From Acaryochloris marina S15 (GTDB lineage: Bacteria > Cyanobacteriota > Cyanobacteriia > Thermosynechococcales > Thermosynechococcaceae), in contig NZ_CP064923.1 in assembly GCF_018336915.1 (NCBI RefSeq), positions 5,160,001 to 5,192,000 on the forward strand: DNA of 32,000 bases. Direction: 5' to 3'. Position 1 is the stretch's first letter, and each line of letters starts with the position of its first letter. Shown here piece by piece: positions 1 through 9,281 of the stretch. The translations under genes were made by a program, and so were the position numbers. Below the pieces are notes generated by a model. The model worked only from the letters and a program-made list of their open reading frames with translations, was not told where the DNA came from and made no database searches.

Positions 1-566
1 CCAAAAACACCTTGGGGTTGCCCGTAAGTGAGCAACGGCTCATCGGTTGAAGGATTATTCTCTTCAGTCTTGGTAAACACATGAAAAGTCGTTTGGGCAA
101 AGGCACTAGAATTTTTGAAGCTTTCAGACCAAGGGCGAGTGGCCACTGCCCGAATCGTATGAGTTCCCGGTGCTAAGTCTTTAAAAACTAAGGGCTGATT
201 CAGGTCATAAACTTCTTGAGCAGGCTGATTATCTAGGAGAACATTGAGGTGAGGTCCCAGGTCTAGCTTTGCATCCTTAAATAGAGGTAAATCTTTAACA
301 TCGAAACGGACCGAAACAGAATCATCTTTAAGCAGCTGATCAGCAGCAGGGCTGAGGATTTTCACCTGAGGCTGATACCGATCCATCTTGGATCGCAACT
401 TTTGAATCGTTTCAGGCGGCGACACTTCAACAATATCGGTGACTTGTGAGAATTGGCGGGAAGGCGCTGACAAGACAGGGGGAGCAATAGATAAGCTGAG
501 CCCCGCGATGAAACATATAAGCGTGAAACTACCCAGCCACCCGACTATTGTCTGCCGACATCGCAT
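1..566 (-). CDS. Hypothetical secreted protein, C-terminus cut by the window edge
   Basis: Reverse-strand ATG at 564-566. My manual translation stays open to position 1 (MRCRQTIVGWLGSFTLICFIAGLSLSIAPPVLSAPS...GTHTIRAVATRPW...). The N-terminus looks like a signal peptide. It is absent from the ORF track because no stop lies in the window. Confidence 0.6.
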   Translation of the reverse strand, partial: MRCRQTIVGWLGSFTLICFIAGLSLSIAPPVLSAPSRQFSQVTDIVEVSPPETIQKLRSKMDRYQPQVKILSPAADQLLKDDSVSVRFDVKDLPLFKDAKLDLGPHLNVLLDNQPAQEVYDLNQPLVFKDLAPGTHTIRAVATRPWSESFKNSSAFAQTTFHVFTKTEENNPSTDEPLLTYGQPQGVF

Positions 567-996
567 ACTAAATACCTAGAAATACTTATTTATAGTGATT
601 GTGAAAATCTTTCTCTAGGGGAACTATACCGGAAAAGCCTCGCACTAATTGATGAAATGTGAAGCTTGCCCCCCGTCAACAACCCATAAGAATCTACAAA
701 TAGAAACATAAGAATTTCTTATAAATAACACGCATTAACCTCTAAAGATAGATATCTTTTGGGTCCATGTATCGACTTCTTTCAATGGCGTGTTTCAAGT
801 CGCAAAAAACCGACAAAAGACTTGAAAACAAAGGAATTCAGAATTCATAGAGCGATTCACCACTACCTTTAAATCAGTGATTTAACAGCAGAAAAAGGCA
901 AAAGAGTAAATTTTTATCACGCATTTTGAATATTTATAACCATATAAGTTTTTTTACTCATCTTTGATCGTGTGATTCCTACCCATCCTAGGCACC

Positions 997-1043
997 TTAA
1001 TTATTGTTAATTACCGGAAAAAGTCCTGTCAGCCTTCTATAAT
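997..1043 (+). promoter_or_regulatory. Candidate activator-dependent psaAB promoter: direct repeat TTAATTA-N3-TTAATTA plus a perfect -10 TATAAT
   Basis: TTAATTA occurs at 997-1003 and 1007-1013, a 10-bp period. TATAAT sits at 1038-1043. The hexamer 17 nt upstream of it (cggaaa) is a poor -35. Each 8-nt unit (C/G)TTAATTA matches 6/8 of the RpaB HLR1 unit (G/T)TTACA(T/A)(T/A) as I remember it. This would imply a leader of about 250 nt before the psaA ATG. Confidence 0.3.
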
Positions 1044-1301
1044 TCACAATTGAGAACTCCATTCCAGATGGCTTTCCACTGCTGCTTCAGCACTCTGTCA
1101 TTTAAAGAGATTTGTCTGTTGCTAGCGAAATGTAAACCTAAGGTGGCGGTTTTATTAAAAAGCTTTGAAGTCTTTATACTTAAAGCGATTTTGCTGATTT
1201 ATATGTATTTTTTGCATAGCATCAGCGCCATTCTCTAGGAATGACACTGCTATCTGGTGAGGATGCTCATTCCTTGCTTGTCCAAAGAGAGGAGAGTCTC
1301 A

Positions 1302-3563
1302 ATGACAAATAGCCCAGGTGGGCCAGAGACGAAAGGCAGAACAGCTGAAGTTGACATCAACCCCGTCAAAGCTTCTTTAGAAGTCGCGGGTAAACCAGGT
1401 CACTTTAACAAGAGTCTGTCGAAGGGTCCCCAAACCACAACTTGGATTTGGAACCTTCACGCTCTAGCTCATGACTTCGATACACAAACTAACGACCTGG
1501 AAGAAATTTCCCGCAAAATCTTTAGTGCCCATTTCGGACACTTAGCAATTGTTTTTGTGTGGATCAGCGGGATGATCTTCCACGCTGCTCGTTTTTCTAA
1601 CTACTACGCTTGGTTAGCCGATCCACTTGGCAACAAACCCAGTGCTCACGTAGTTTGGCCCATTGTTGGTCAAGATATTTTAAATGCAGATGTAGGTAAT
1701 GGATTCCACGGAATCCAGATTACCTCTGGCCTTTTCCATATATTGCGTGGAGCTGGAATGACAGCTCCCATCGAACTTTACTCCACCTCTATTGGTGCCT
1801 TGGTAGCAGCTGCAGTAACCATGTATGCCGGTTACTTCCACTACCACAAGAAGGCTCCAAAGTTGGAGTGGTTCCAAAATGCTGAAGCAACCATTGGTGG
1901 TCACCTCATCAATTTGCTCGGCTTAGGTAACTTAGCTTGGACCGGTCACCTGATCCACGTTGCTTTGCCTATCAACAAAATGTTGGATTCTGGCATGGCG
2001 CCAGAAGATATTCCGATTCCGCATGAATATCTTCTGGATAAAGCCTTTATGGCCGATTTGTATCCAAGTTTTGCCCAAGGGCTAACGCCTTTCTTTACGC
2101 TGAATTGGGGTGTGTACTCTGATTTCTTAACCTTCAAAGGTGGACTTGATCCACAAACTGGTGGGTTATGGATGACGGATATCGCTCACCACCACTTGGC
2201 TCTAGCTGTGATGTACATCATTGCTGGTCACATGTACCGGACTAACTGGGGCATTGGCCATCACATGAGAGAAATCATGGATGCCCATAAAGGACCCTTC
2301 ACAGGTGAAGGCCATAAAGGTCTCTATGATGTCTTAACCACTTCTTGGCATGCTCAGCTAGCCATTAACCTCGCATGTTGGGGTTCTTTCAGCATTGTTT
2401 GTGCCCATCACATGTACGCAATGCCTCCTTATCCATATTTGGCAACAGATTATGCAACTCAGTTGAATCTGTTTGTTCATCACATGTGGTTAGGCGGTTT
2501 CTACATTGTGGGTGGTGCAGCTCACGCTGCTATCTTCATGGTGCGAGATTATGATCCCGCCATGAACCAGAACAATGTTCTGGATCGCATGCTTCGTCAC
2601 AGAGATACGATCATTGCTCATCTCAACTGGGTCTGTTTGTTCTTAGGATTCCATTCCTTCGACCTATACATCCACAACGATGAAATGCGTTCTTTGGGAC
2701 GTCCTCAGGACATGTTCTCTGATACAGCAATTCAGCTTCAGCCTATCTTTGCTCAATGGGTTCAAAACCTGCAGGCAAACGTAGCTGGAACGATTCGAGC
2801 TCCCCTTGCTGAAGGCGCAACTAGCTTAGCTTGGGGTGGCGATCCCATGTTTGTCGGTGGCAAAGTTGCCATGCAGCATGTTTCCTTGGGAACTGCTGAC
2901 TTCATGATTCACCACATTCACGCATTCCAGATTCACGTTACCGTTCTCATCCTCCTCAAAGGGGTTCTCTACGCTCGTAGCTCTCGTCTGATTCCAGACA
3001 AAGCTAGCTTGGGCTTCAGATTCCCTTGCGACGGACCAGGTCGTGGTGGTACTTGCCAATCTTCAGGTTGGGACCATGTGTTCTTGGGTCTGTTCTGGAT
3101 GTACAACTGTATTTCGATTGTCAACTTCCACTTCTTCTGGAAAATGCAATCGGATGTCTGGGGTACCGCCAATGCAAGCGGTGGAATAAATTACCTGACA
3201 GCAGGCAACTGGGCACAGTCTTCAATCACCATTAATGGTTGGTTGCGAGATTTCTTGTGGGCCCAATCGGTTCAGGTGATTAACTCCTATGGTTCTGCCC
3301 TATCTGCCTACGGAATTCTCTTCCTAGGTGCCCACTTTATCTGGGCTTTCAGCCTGATGTTCTTGTTCAGTGGTCGTGGCTATTGGCAAGAGCTGATTGA
3401 GTCTATTGTTTGGGCTCACAGCAAATTAAAGATTGCCCCAGCTATCCAACCTCGCGCCATGAGTATTACTCAAGGTCGTGCAGTTGGGCTTGGCCATTAC
3501 CTCTTAGGTGGAATTGTGACCTCTTGGTCCTTCTATCTAGCTCGAATTCTCGCATTAGGATAG
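1302..3563 (+). CDS. psaA: Photosystem I P700 apoprotein A1 (PsaA), 753 aa from ATG 1302
   Basis: End-to-end resemblance to PsaA. The FX loop [12 protein letters not shown] is at 3021-3056. Other PsaA motifs present are [28 protein letters not shown] and a C-terminal [19 protein letters not shown] Shine-Dalgarno sequence lies just upstream of ATG 1302. The ORF-track start at 1257 is a GTG extension. Confidence 0.97.
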   Translation: MTNSPGGPETKGRTAEVDINPVKASLEVAGKPGHFNKSLSKGPQTTTWIWNLHALAHDFDTQTNDLEEISRKIFSAHFGHLAIVFVWISGMIFHAARFSNYYAWLADPLGNKPSAHVVWPIVGQDILNADVGNGFHGIQITSGLFHILRGAGMTAPIELYSTSIGALVAAAVTMYAGYFHYHKKAPKLEWFQNAEATIGGHLINLLGLGNLAWTGHLIHVALPINKMLDSGMAPEDIPIPHEYLLDKAFMADLYPSFAQGLTPFFTLNWGVYSDFLTFKGGLDPQTGGLWMTDIAHHHLALAVMYIIAGHMYRTNWGIGHHMREIMDAHKGPFTGEGHKGLYDVLTTSWHAQLAINLACWGSFSIVCAHHMYAMPPYPYLATDYATQLNLFVHHMWLGGFYIVGGAAHAAIFMVRDYDPAMNQNNVLDRMLRHRDTIIAHLNWVCLFLGFHSFDLYIHNDEMRSLGRPQDMFSDTAIQLQPIFAQWVQNLQANVAGTIRAPLAEGATSLAWGGDPMFVGGKVAMQHVSLGTADFMIHHIHAFQIHVTVLILLKGVLYARSSRLIPDKASLGFRFPCDGPGRGGTCQSSGWDHVFLGLFWMYNCISIVNFHFFWKMQSDVWGTANASGGINYLTAGNWAQSSITINGWLRDFLWAQSVQVINSYGSALSAYGILFLGAHFIWAFSLMFLFSGRGYWQELIESIVWAHSKLKIAPAIQPRAMSITQGRAVGLGHYLLGGIVTSWSFYLARILALG

Positions 3564-3585
3564 GCAAGGAGGACTTTGAAAACTC

Positions 3586-5787
3586 ATGGCTACTAAATTT
3601 CCAAGTTTTAGCCAAGACCTTGCCCAAGATCCAACAACTCGTCGGATCTGGTACGGAATTGCTACGGTTCATGACTTTGAAACTCATGACGGAATGACGG
3701 AAGAAAATCTTTACCAAAAGATTTTCGCAACTCACTTCGGTCATCTTTCTATCATTTTCCTCTGGACTGCAGGTCTGCTTTTCCACGTCGCCTGGCAAGG
3801 CAACTTTGAACAGTGGATCCAAGATCCACTAACCGTTCGTCCCATCGCCCACGCGATTTGGGACCCTCATCTGGGTGATGCTGCAACTCAGGCTTTCACT
3901 CAAGCTGGTGCTTCTGGCCCAGTTGATCTTTGTTACTCCGGTGTTTACCACTGGTGGTACACCATTGGTATGCGTACCAATGGAGATCTCTACAGTGGCT
4001 CCATCTTCTTGATGGTTGTCGCTGCAGTCATGCTATTTGCAGGTTGGCTTCACCTACAACCCAAATTTCGACCTAGCTTAGCTTGGTTTAGAGATGCTGA
4101 ATCCCAAATGAACCACCACTTGGCAGTTCTTTTTGGTGCTAGCTCTTTGGGTTGGACAGGTCACTTGATTCACGTTGCTATTCCCGAAGCTCGGGGTCAG
4201 CACGTGGGTTGGGATAACTTCCTGTCAACCATGCCTCACCCTGCTGGTTTAGCGCCTTTCTTCACCGGTCGTTGGGCAGTATATGCTCAAAACCCTGATA
4301 CAACTGGTCATCTTTTTGGTACCAGTGAAGGTGCAGGAACCGCTATTCTCACATTTGTGGGTGGCTTCCATCCTCAAACTGAAGCTCTGTGGCTAACAGA
4401 TATTGCCCACCATCATTTGGCAATCGCTGTTCTCTACATTGTTGCGGGTCATATGTACCGAACTCAGTTTGGTATCGGCCACAGCATGAAAGAGATCATG
4501 GATGCTCATAGAGATCCTTGGTATGGTGCAACTCTTGAAGGTCTGTATGACACTTACAACGAGTCACTCCACTTCCAGCTAGCCTTCCACTTGGCTGCGT
4601 TAGGAGTCATCACTGAGGTTGTTGCTCAGCACATGTACTCGTTGCCGTCTTATGCGTTTATCTCGCAAGACTATGTGACTCAGGCTGCGCTATACACTCA
4701 CCACCAATACATCGGTGGATTCCTAGCTCTAGGTGCTTATGCACACGGTGGCATCTTCTTCGTTCGGGATTATGATCCTGAGCGCAACAAAGGAAATGCT
4801 CTTTCCAGACTGCTTGAGCACAAAGAAGCTATTATTTCCCACTTGTCTTGGGTATCAATGTTCTTGGGTTTCCATACTCTAGACTTGTATGTCCATAACG
4901 ACGTGGTTGTTGCTTTCGGCACACCTGAGAAGCAAATTCTACCTGAGCCTATTTTTGCTGAATGGGTACAAGCATGTCACGGCAAGCTTCTATTGGGTCT
5001 AGACAATTTATTGTCTAATCCTCAGAGTATTGCTTCTACTGCCTGGCCTAATTACGGAGATGTATGGCTCCCCGGCTGGCTGGATGCTGTGAATGGTTCT
5101 GGTACGCCGTTCTTGAATATCGGCCCTGGAGACTTTCTAGTCCACCATGGTATTGCTTTCAGTATTCATGTAACCGTCTTGATTTGTGTTAAAGGCTGCT
5201 TAGATGCCCGTGGCTCTAAGCTTATGCCCGACAAGAAAGACTTTGGATACAGCTTTCCTTGTGATGGTCCTGGTAGAGGCGGCACTTGCGATATTTCCGC
5301 TTGGGACTCCTTCTACTTGGCTACATTCTGGATGCTCAACACCATTGGTTGGGTGACCTTCTACTTCAACTGGAAACAGTTAAGTGTTTGGTCCGGCAAC
5401 CTAGCTCAGTTCAATAATGACTCAACCTACCTAATGGGATGGCTGAGAGATTATCTCTGGGGTTATTCTGCTCAATTGATTAATGGTTATACACCTTTCG
5501 GTGTGAATAGCCTGTCGGTCTGGGCATGGATCTTCCTCTTAGGTCACCTGTGCTGGGCTACTGGCTTCTTGTTCTTGATCTCCTGGAGAGGTTACTGGCA
5601 AGAGCTGATTGAGACTCTCGTTTGGGCTCACCAGCGTACTCCCCTCGCCAACTTGGTGATGTGGAAAGACAAGCCTGTTGCTCTATCTATCGTTCAAGGT
5701 CGCTTAGTTGGCTTAGTTCACTTTGCGGTCGGCTATTTTGTTACCTACGGTGCTTTTGTGATTGGTGCGACAGCTCCTCTCGGCTAA
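3586..5787 (+). CDS. psaB: Photosystem I P700 apoprotein A2 (PsaB), 733 aa
   Basis: N-terminus [27 protein letters not shown]. The FX loop [12 protein letters not shown] is at 5254-5289. [17 protein letters not shown] is also present. It starts 22 nt after psaA, with an AAGGAGG RBS in the spacer. Confidence 0.97.
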   Translation: MATKFPSFSQDLAQDPTTRRIWYGIATVHDFETHDGMTEENLYQKIFATHFGHLSIIFLWTAGLLFHVAWQGNFEQWIQDPLTVRPIAHAIWDPHLGDAATQAFTQAGASGPVDLCYSGVYHWWYTIGMRTNGDLYSGSIFLMVVAAVMLFAGWLHLQPKFRPSLAWFRDAESQMNHHLAVLFGASSLGWTGHLIHVAIPEARGQHVGWDNFLSTMPHPAGLAPFFTGRWAVYAQNPDTTGHLFGTSEGAGTAILTFVGGFHPQTEALWLTDIAHHHLAIAVLYIVAGHMYRTQFGIGHSMKEIMDAHRDPWYGATLEGLYDTYNESLHFQLAFHLAALGVITEVVAQHMYSLPSYAFISQDYVTQAALYTHHQYIGGFLALGAYAHGGIFFVRDYDPERNKGNALSRLLEHKEAIISHLSWVSMFLGFHTLDLYVHNDVVVAFGTPEKQILPEPIFAEWVQACHGKLLLGLDNLLSNPQSIASTAWPNYGDVWLPGWLDAVNGSGTPFLNIGPGDFLVHHGIAFSIHVTVLICVKGCLDARGSKLMPDKKDFGYSFPCDGPGRGGTCDISAWDSFYLATFWMLNTIGWVTFYFNWKQLSVWSGNLAQFNNDSTYLMGWLRDYLWGYSAQLINGYTPFGVNSLSVWAWIFLLGHLCWATGFLFLISWRGYWQELIETLVWAHQRTPLANLVMWKDKPVALSIVQGRLVGLVHFAVGYFVTYGAFVIGATAPLG

Positions 5788-5819
5788 AGACCAGCTAGCA
5801 TAGCTACGATAAGTAGATT

Positions 5820-5858
5820 AATCCCCCCTCAACCTAGCGTTGAGGGGGGATTTTAATT
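5820..5858 (+). terminator. Intrinsic terminator of psaAB
   Basis: Perfect 14-bp stem, aatcccccctcaac (5820-5833) paired with gttgaggggggatt (5839-5852), and a 5-nt loop ctagc. It runs into a T tract and lies 33 nt after the psaB stop. Confidence 0.85.
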
Positions 5859-6022
5859 GAGAGAAAATTCACAATACTAACTGGGGCTAATGTCAGCCCC
5901 ACTAAAGGCAACTGTTTGAATTGTTAATAACAGCAGATGCCAGCTACAAAATTTGGTAGGAAAGAAACCGGGCGAATTCCCTAAACGCACAAATATCCAC
6001 GGCATTGAAAGAGCCAGCTGGA

Positions 6023-6316
6023 CTACTCGGTAGATTGAGCCGAATCTTTTGACACACCAAAACTAGCAATGGCTAACCCAGCAATCAGAAAGTCGAGAAC
6101 TGCTGAGCCCAATAAACCAACGATTGATTGTAAGGCTGTATATTTTTCTGTGTAAATATAAAGGCCAATGTTGGCGACTCCAAATAGGAACCAAGTCAAC
6201 CAACTCACGCCTTGCGTTGACCGATCTTTAAAGATGGTGGTCAATTGAATGATAGTAGCAGCGGGAATAATAACGGCGGGTAGCCATCCAGCTAATTTGA
6301 TAAGGGTGGGTGACAT
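6023..6316 (-). CDS. Small 3-TM membrane protein, SemiSWEET/PQ-loop-like (97 aa)
   Basis: Three predicted hydrophobic helices. The pattern LIKLAGW...ATIIQLTTIFKDRSTQGVSWLTWFLFGVANIGLYIY resembles bacterial SemiSWEETs as I remember them (LIKLIGF...YAPQFIKVLKTRSARDIS...). The PQ motif reads IQ here. Confidence 0.5.
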   Translation of the reverse strand: MSPTLIKLAGWLPAVIIPAATIIQLTTIFKDRSTQGVSWLTWFLFGVANIGLYIYTEKYTALQSIVGLLGSAVLDFLIAGLAIASFGVSKDSAQSTE

Positions 6317-6321
6317 AAAGG

Positions 6322-6798
6322 TTATCCCTGGCTTTGCTGATCGGTTAATGGGGCATAGCCAAACGTAACATTAAATTTCTTACACCAAATCGCAACAGAC
6401 TGATACTTGGCGAGATCTACATCTGCAGGGATCTCATACTGTTGTAAGCCTTGAGTATTCTGTAGTTTACTGACCACCTTATAGTCGTCTGGATTATAAG
6501 TTTCTGGCTTCGCATCCTGGTGTAACAATACAAATAAATCAGGACCTTGATCAGTTTTAAAGGCTTGATCAAATTCAAGCAAAGTCTTGCCATCACTGGA
6601 GATGAGGGTAGCGCTTCCCTTGGTATCATGATCCGATCCAACAAAGTCTCCTTGGGCCAAAGTTTTGCCCGTTGCAGATTTGCTTAAAGCAGGCTGAGAG
6701 GCTGTTTGATCTGCTAATGGCTCAGAGTCTGGACCGCCTGAGCATGACATCAGCAGTAGGCCAACCCATAGAACCTGACCCAAATATTTCAATCTCAT
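6322..6798 (-). CDS. DM13-domain protein, probable lipoprotein (158 aa)
   Basis: Signal peptide ending LLLMSC, which is lipobox-like. DM13-like core: GDFVGSDHDTKGSATLISSDGKTLLEFDQAFKTDQGPDLFVLL. Its stop is 5 nt before the start of the downstream 3-TM gene. Confidence 0.7.
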   Translation of the reverse strand: MRLKYLGQVLWVGLLLMSCSGGPDSEPLADQTASQPALSKSATGKTLAQGDFVGSDHDTKGSATLISSDGKTLLEFDQAFKTDQGPDLFVLLHQDAKPETYNPDDYKVVSKLQNTQGLQQYEIPADVDLAKYQSVAIWCKKFNVTFGYAPLTDQQSQG

Positions 6799-6890
6799 CT
6801 GCTACTTTCCCGCAACACTTTGTCGTGCCTATAGTCTCATAGGAAGCAAGGCAAAGAAAAAGCTTAAGTCATGGGCTAGGAAAGCACACA

Positions 6891-8363
6891 TCAATGCTCA
6901 GAAGATTGAGACCCATCTGATTTCTTCTCCGCAGCCCGAGGGATTGGGACATCATTGGTCGCATATGGCTTGGGAACTACAGATAATTGAGGTTTGCTTT
7001 TCTTAGGTTGCCGACGACGCGCAGTATTTTCTTCACTGGTATTCTCCGCAATCACCTCATACAGTAAAGCCAATTTATCTGGATCTTTGCCTTTGCGTAG
7101 CACTCGCCCCAAGCGCTGCACATATTCTCGGGTTGAACCTGTTCCTGAGAGGACAATGGCAATACTCGCTTCTGGAACGTCTACCCCTTCATTGAGGACG
7201 CGAGAAGCAATTAGAGTGGGGTAATCACCGGAGCGAAACCGTTGCAAAATATCATGGCGCTCTTTGACAGGGGTTTTATGGGTAATGGCTGGGATTAAAA
7301 AATCTTGGGAAACTCGATAGACTGTAGCATTATCGTCGGTAAAAATCAGCGTTTGTTCAGGATGGTGCTGGGCTAAGAGATCAGCGAGGATGCGGAGTTT
7401 GCCTTCAGTACCGAATGCGATCGCACGGGCCTGACGATGGGCCAACATAGCTCTCCGCCCTGCTTTGGAGCGAGCACTCTCCCGCACAAACTGCTGCCAA
7501 CCTTTTAAGCTTCCCAGAAAAATATGGGCAGATTGAAGAAACTGGTTGCGAGTTTGAATCAGCTCATCGTATCGTTCTCGTTCTTGGGCAGAAAGCTTGA
7601 CCTGAATTTGGACCGTTCTATGTTTGGCTAAGGCGACACCAGACAGCTCTTCTGCAGAACGGCGATAGACCGTGGGGCCAATCAGGCTATCTAAATCTTC
7701 ATGCTTACCATCACTCCGCTCTGGGGTTGCCGTGAGTCCCAACCGATAAGGGGCAATGGCATATTCAGCAATCACCCGATTAAAGCTACTAGGTAAATGG
7801 TGGCATTCATCGAAAACGAGTAGACCATAGCGATTGCCCAAATTTTCAGCTTGGATAGCGGCACTGTCGTAAGTGGAAATGAGTATTGGGGTACGATCTC
7901 GTGAACCACCGCCTAACAAGCCGATCTCCGCATCGGGGAAAGCGGCAACCAAATGGGCATACCACTGATGCATTAAATCCAGCGTCGGGACGGTGATTAA
8001 AGTACTGCGTTGAGTAGCCTGAATCACAAGCTGAGCTAAATAGGTTTTACCCGCTGCTGTCGGTAAGACAACGACCCCTCGACGTTCCTGCTGCCAAGCA
8101 TCTAGAGCCTCCTGCTGATGACGATAGGGCTCCATTTGTAGACTAGGAGTCAGCTCCAAAGTCTCGTAGGATTTAGCTTGATCTACCAGACGTGGATCGG
8201 TGATTTGTGTAGCCGTCAGCAAGGATCGGTACTCAATTGCTGGCACCCGAAACCGTTCCACGCGATCATCCCAGGTCGCGAAATCCAGCCAATCTTTGCC
8301 CTTCGGCGGGGGATGCAAAATTAACGTGCCGCGATCGTAGGTTAAGGTTGGCTTACGCGCCAT
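6891..8363 (-). CDS. SF2 DNA helicase of the XPB/Ssl2 (ERCC3/RAD25-like) type, 490 aa
   Basis: Walker A PTAAGKT, motif II FDECHH, LGLTATPERSDG, and C-terminal motifs ASRVLNEGVDVP and QRLGRVLR. There is a roughly 70-aa N-terminal domain and a basic Pro/Lys-rich C-terminal tail. Confidence 0.8.
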   Translation of the reverse strand: MARKPTLTYDRGTLILHPPPKGKDWLDFATWDDRVERFRVPAIEYRSLLTATQITDPRLVDQAKSYETLELTPSLQMEPYRHQQEALDAWQQERRGVVVLPTAAGKTYLAQLVIQATQRSTLITVPTLDLMHQWYAHLVAAFPDAEIGLLGGGSRDRTPILISTYDSAAIQAENLGNRYGLLVFDECHHLPSSFNRVIAEYAIAPYRLGLTATPERSDGKHEDLDSLIGPTVYRRSAEELSGVALAKHRTVQIQVKLSAQERERYDELIQTRNQFLQSAHIFLGSLKGWQQFVRESARSKAGRRAMLAHRQARAIAFGTEGKLRILADLLAQHHPEQTLIFTDDNATVYRVSQDFLIPAITHKTPVKERHDILQRFRSGDYPTLIASRVLNEGVDVPEASIAIVLSGTGSTREYVQRLGRVLRKGKDPDKLALLYEVIAENTSEENTARRRQPKKSKPQLSVVPKPYATNDVPIPRAAEKKSDGSQSSEH

Positions 8364-8524
8364 GGAAAAATGCCTAAGTGAGCTGTTCTAAGATCTAGTG
8401 CCCCCATTCAAACTTACCAGGAGAGCATCAGGAACAGCGAGCATCCTTTGTGCGCAAAGGTTACAATCAGTGAGCAGCGGCACTTTCCACTGAATCATTT
8501 GGTGACCTACTTCTGGGAAACGTT

Positions 8525-9193
8525 ATGACAACTAGCTCACAATCTACTTTCACAGCGGATCAGACCTCTACTTGGCTCCGAGGCCTGATGACCATTGCCT
8601 GGTCTGATGGCAAGTTTGATCCTCAGGAACAGTCACTGATTGAGGAAGTAGTGGCAAATGAACTGACGCCGGACCTAGAGAACGATTCCTTTAAGCCCAT
8701 TTCCCCAGAAGAGCTGGCCGATGGCTTAGGCGATAATCCCAAAGTTGCAGAAAACTTTTTGCGGACTGCAGTGATGGTGGCCCTTGCCGATGGGGTGTAT
8801 TCCAGTTCTGAAGACCAAGTCCTGGAAACCTTTGCCCAGGCTCTACGAGTCCAGCTCACGGCCGTTGACTCTCTACGCCTCACCTTAGATGGCGAAGCCA
8901 TAGGTGGCGCACCGAAACCCACTGAAAAGCAACCTCGCGATCCCCTCAAGCCTGTTCGCCAATGGCTGGATGGTTTGGATATTCAAGACCCCGAAGTGGC
9001 CCGGTTCCTGTGCAAAATGATTCCTTCCCAATGCCCATTTGAACGGGATATCACCTTATTTGGCAAGAAGGTGGTCCATATTCCCCCCATGTGCAAACTC
9101 AACCCCCTCTATGAACAGCTCGTAGGCTTGCGGTTTAAGGCCCTGTCTTATCTTGCTGATGACTGTAAAGAAGATGTCTCGTCCTACATCTAA
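8525..9193 (+). CDS. TerB-like N-terminal domain fused to a Mo-dependent-nitrogenase C-terminal (Mo-nitro_C) domain, 222 aa
   Basis: Two (A/S)DG-x5-E repeats (AWSDGKFDPQEQ, ALADGVYSSSEDQ) are typical of TerB/DjlA-N folds. The C-terminus FLCKMIPSQCPFERDITLFGKKVVHIPPMCKLNPLYEQLVGLRFKALSYLADDC matches the cyanobacterial Mo-nitro_C family as I remember it. Confidence 0.7.
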   Translation: MTTSSQSTFTADQTSTWLRGLMTIAWSDGKFDPQEQSLIEEVVANELTPDLENDSFKPISPEELADGLGDNPKVAENFLRTAVMVALADGVYSSSEDQVLETFAQALRVQLTAVDSLRLTLDGEAIGGAPKPTEKQPRDPLKPVRQWLDGLDIQDPEVARFLCKMIPSQCPFERDITLFGKKVVHIPPMCKLNPLYEQLVGLRFKALSYLADDCKEDVSSYI

Positions 9194-9281
9194 TCGGTCT
9201 TGGTAAAACTTGTAAACCTGTTGATCGACTGAATCTGAGAGCGCGTATAGTAAAAAGCGCGTACCCCTTAGGAGATCTGAG

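Noticed and set aside
1050-1238. A 62-aa ORF inside the psaA upstream region.
   Set aside because: It has a TTG start, no RBS and an AT-rich, leader-like context. Its hydrophobic low-complexity translation is typical of AT-rich non-coding DNA. It overlaps the candidate psaAB promoters and 5' UTR.
1680-3822. Antisense and alternative-frame ORFs inside psaA/psaB (for example 1680-1904, 2826-3059, 3410-3697, 3466-3822). Similar shadow ORFs lie inside the helicase, tldD, pilB, GT4, MFP, RND and FAD genes.
   Set aside because: All lie within strongly supported long genes with clear family motifs. Their translations are low-complexity or Arg/Ser/Pro-rich, as expected for shadow frames.
1302-5787. 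The idea that these are FaRLiP paralogues (psaA2/psaB2) from a far-red photoacclimation cluster.
   Set aside because: FaRLiP psaA2/psaB2 sit among psaL2/I2/F2/J2, psb and apc paralogues and rfpABC. Here the operon is flanked by unrelated housekeeping genes. The PsaB Met->Leu change fits what I recall for Acaryochloris better.
6891-9193. The XPB-like helicase plus the divergent TerB-domain gene as a possible phage-defence pair.
   Set aside because: There is no nuclease, methylase, NTPase effector or other defence-associated domain. Both genes look like conserved cyanobacterial housekeeping families, and HIP1 is present in the helicase gene.
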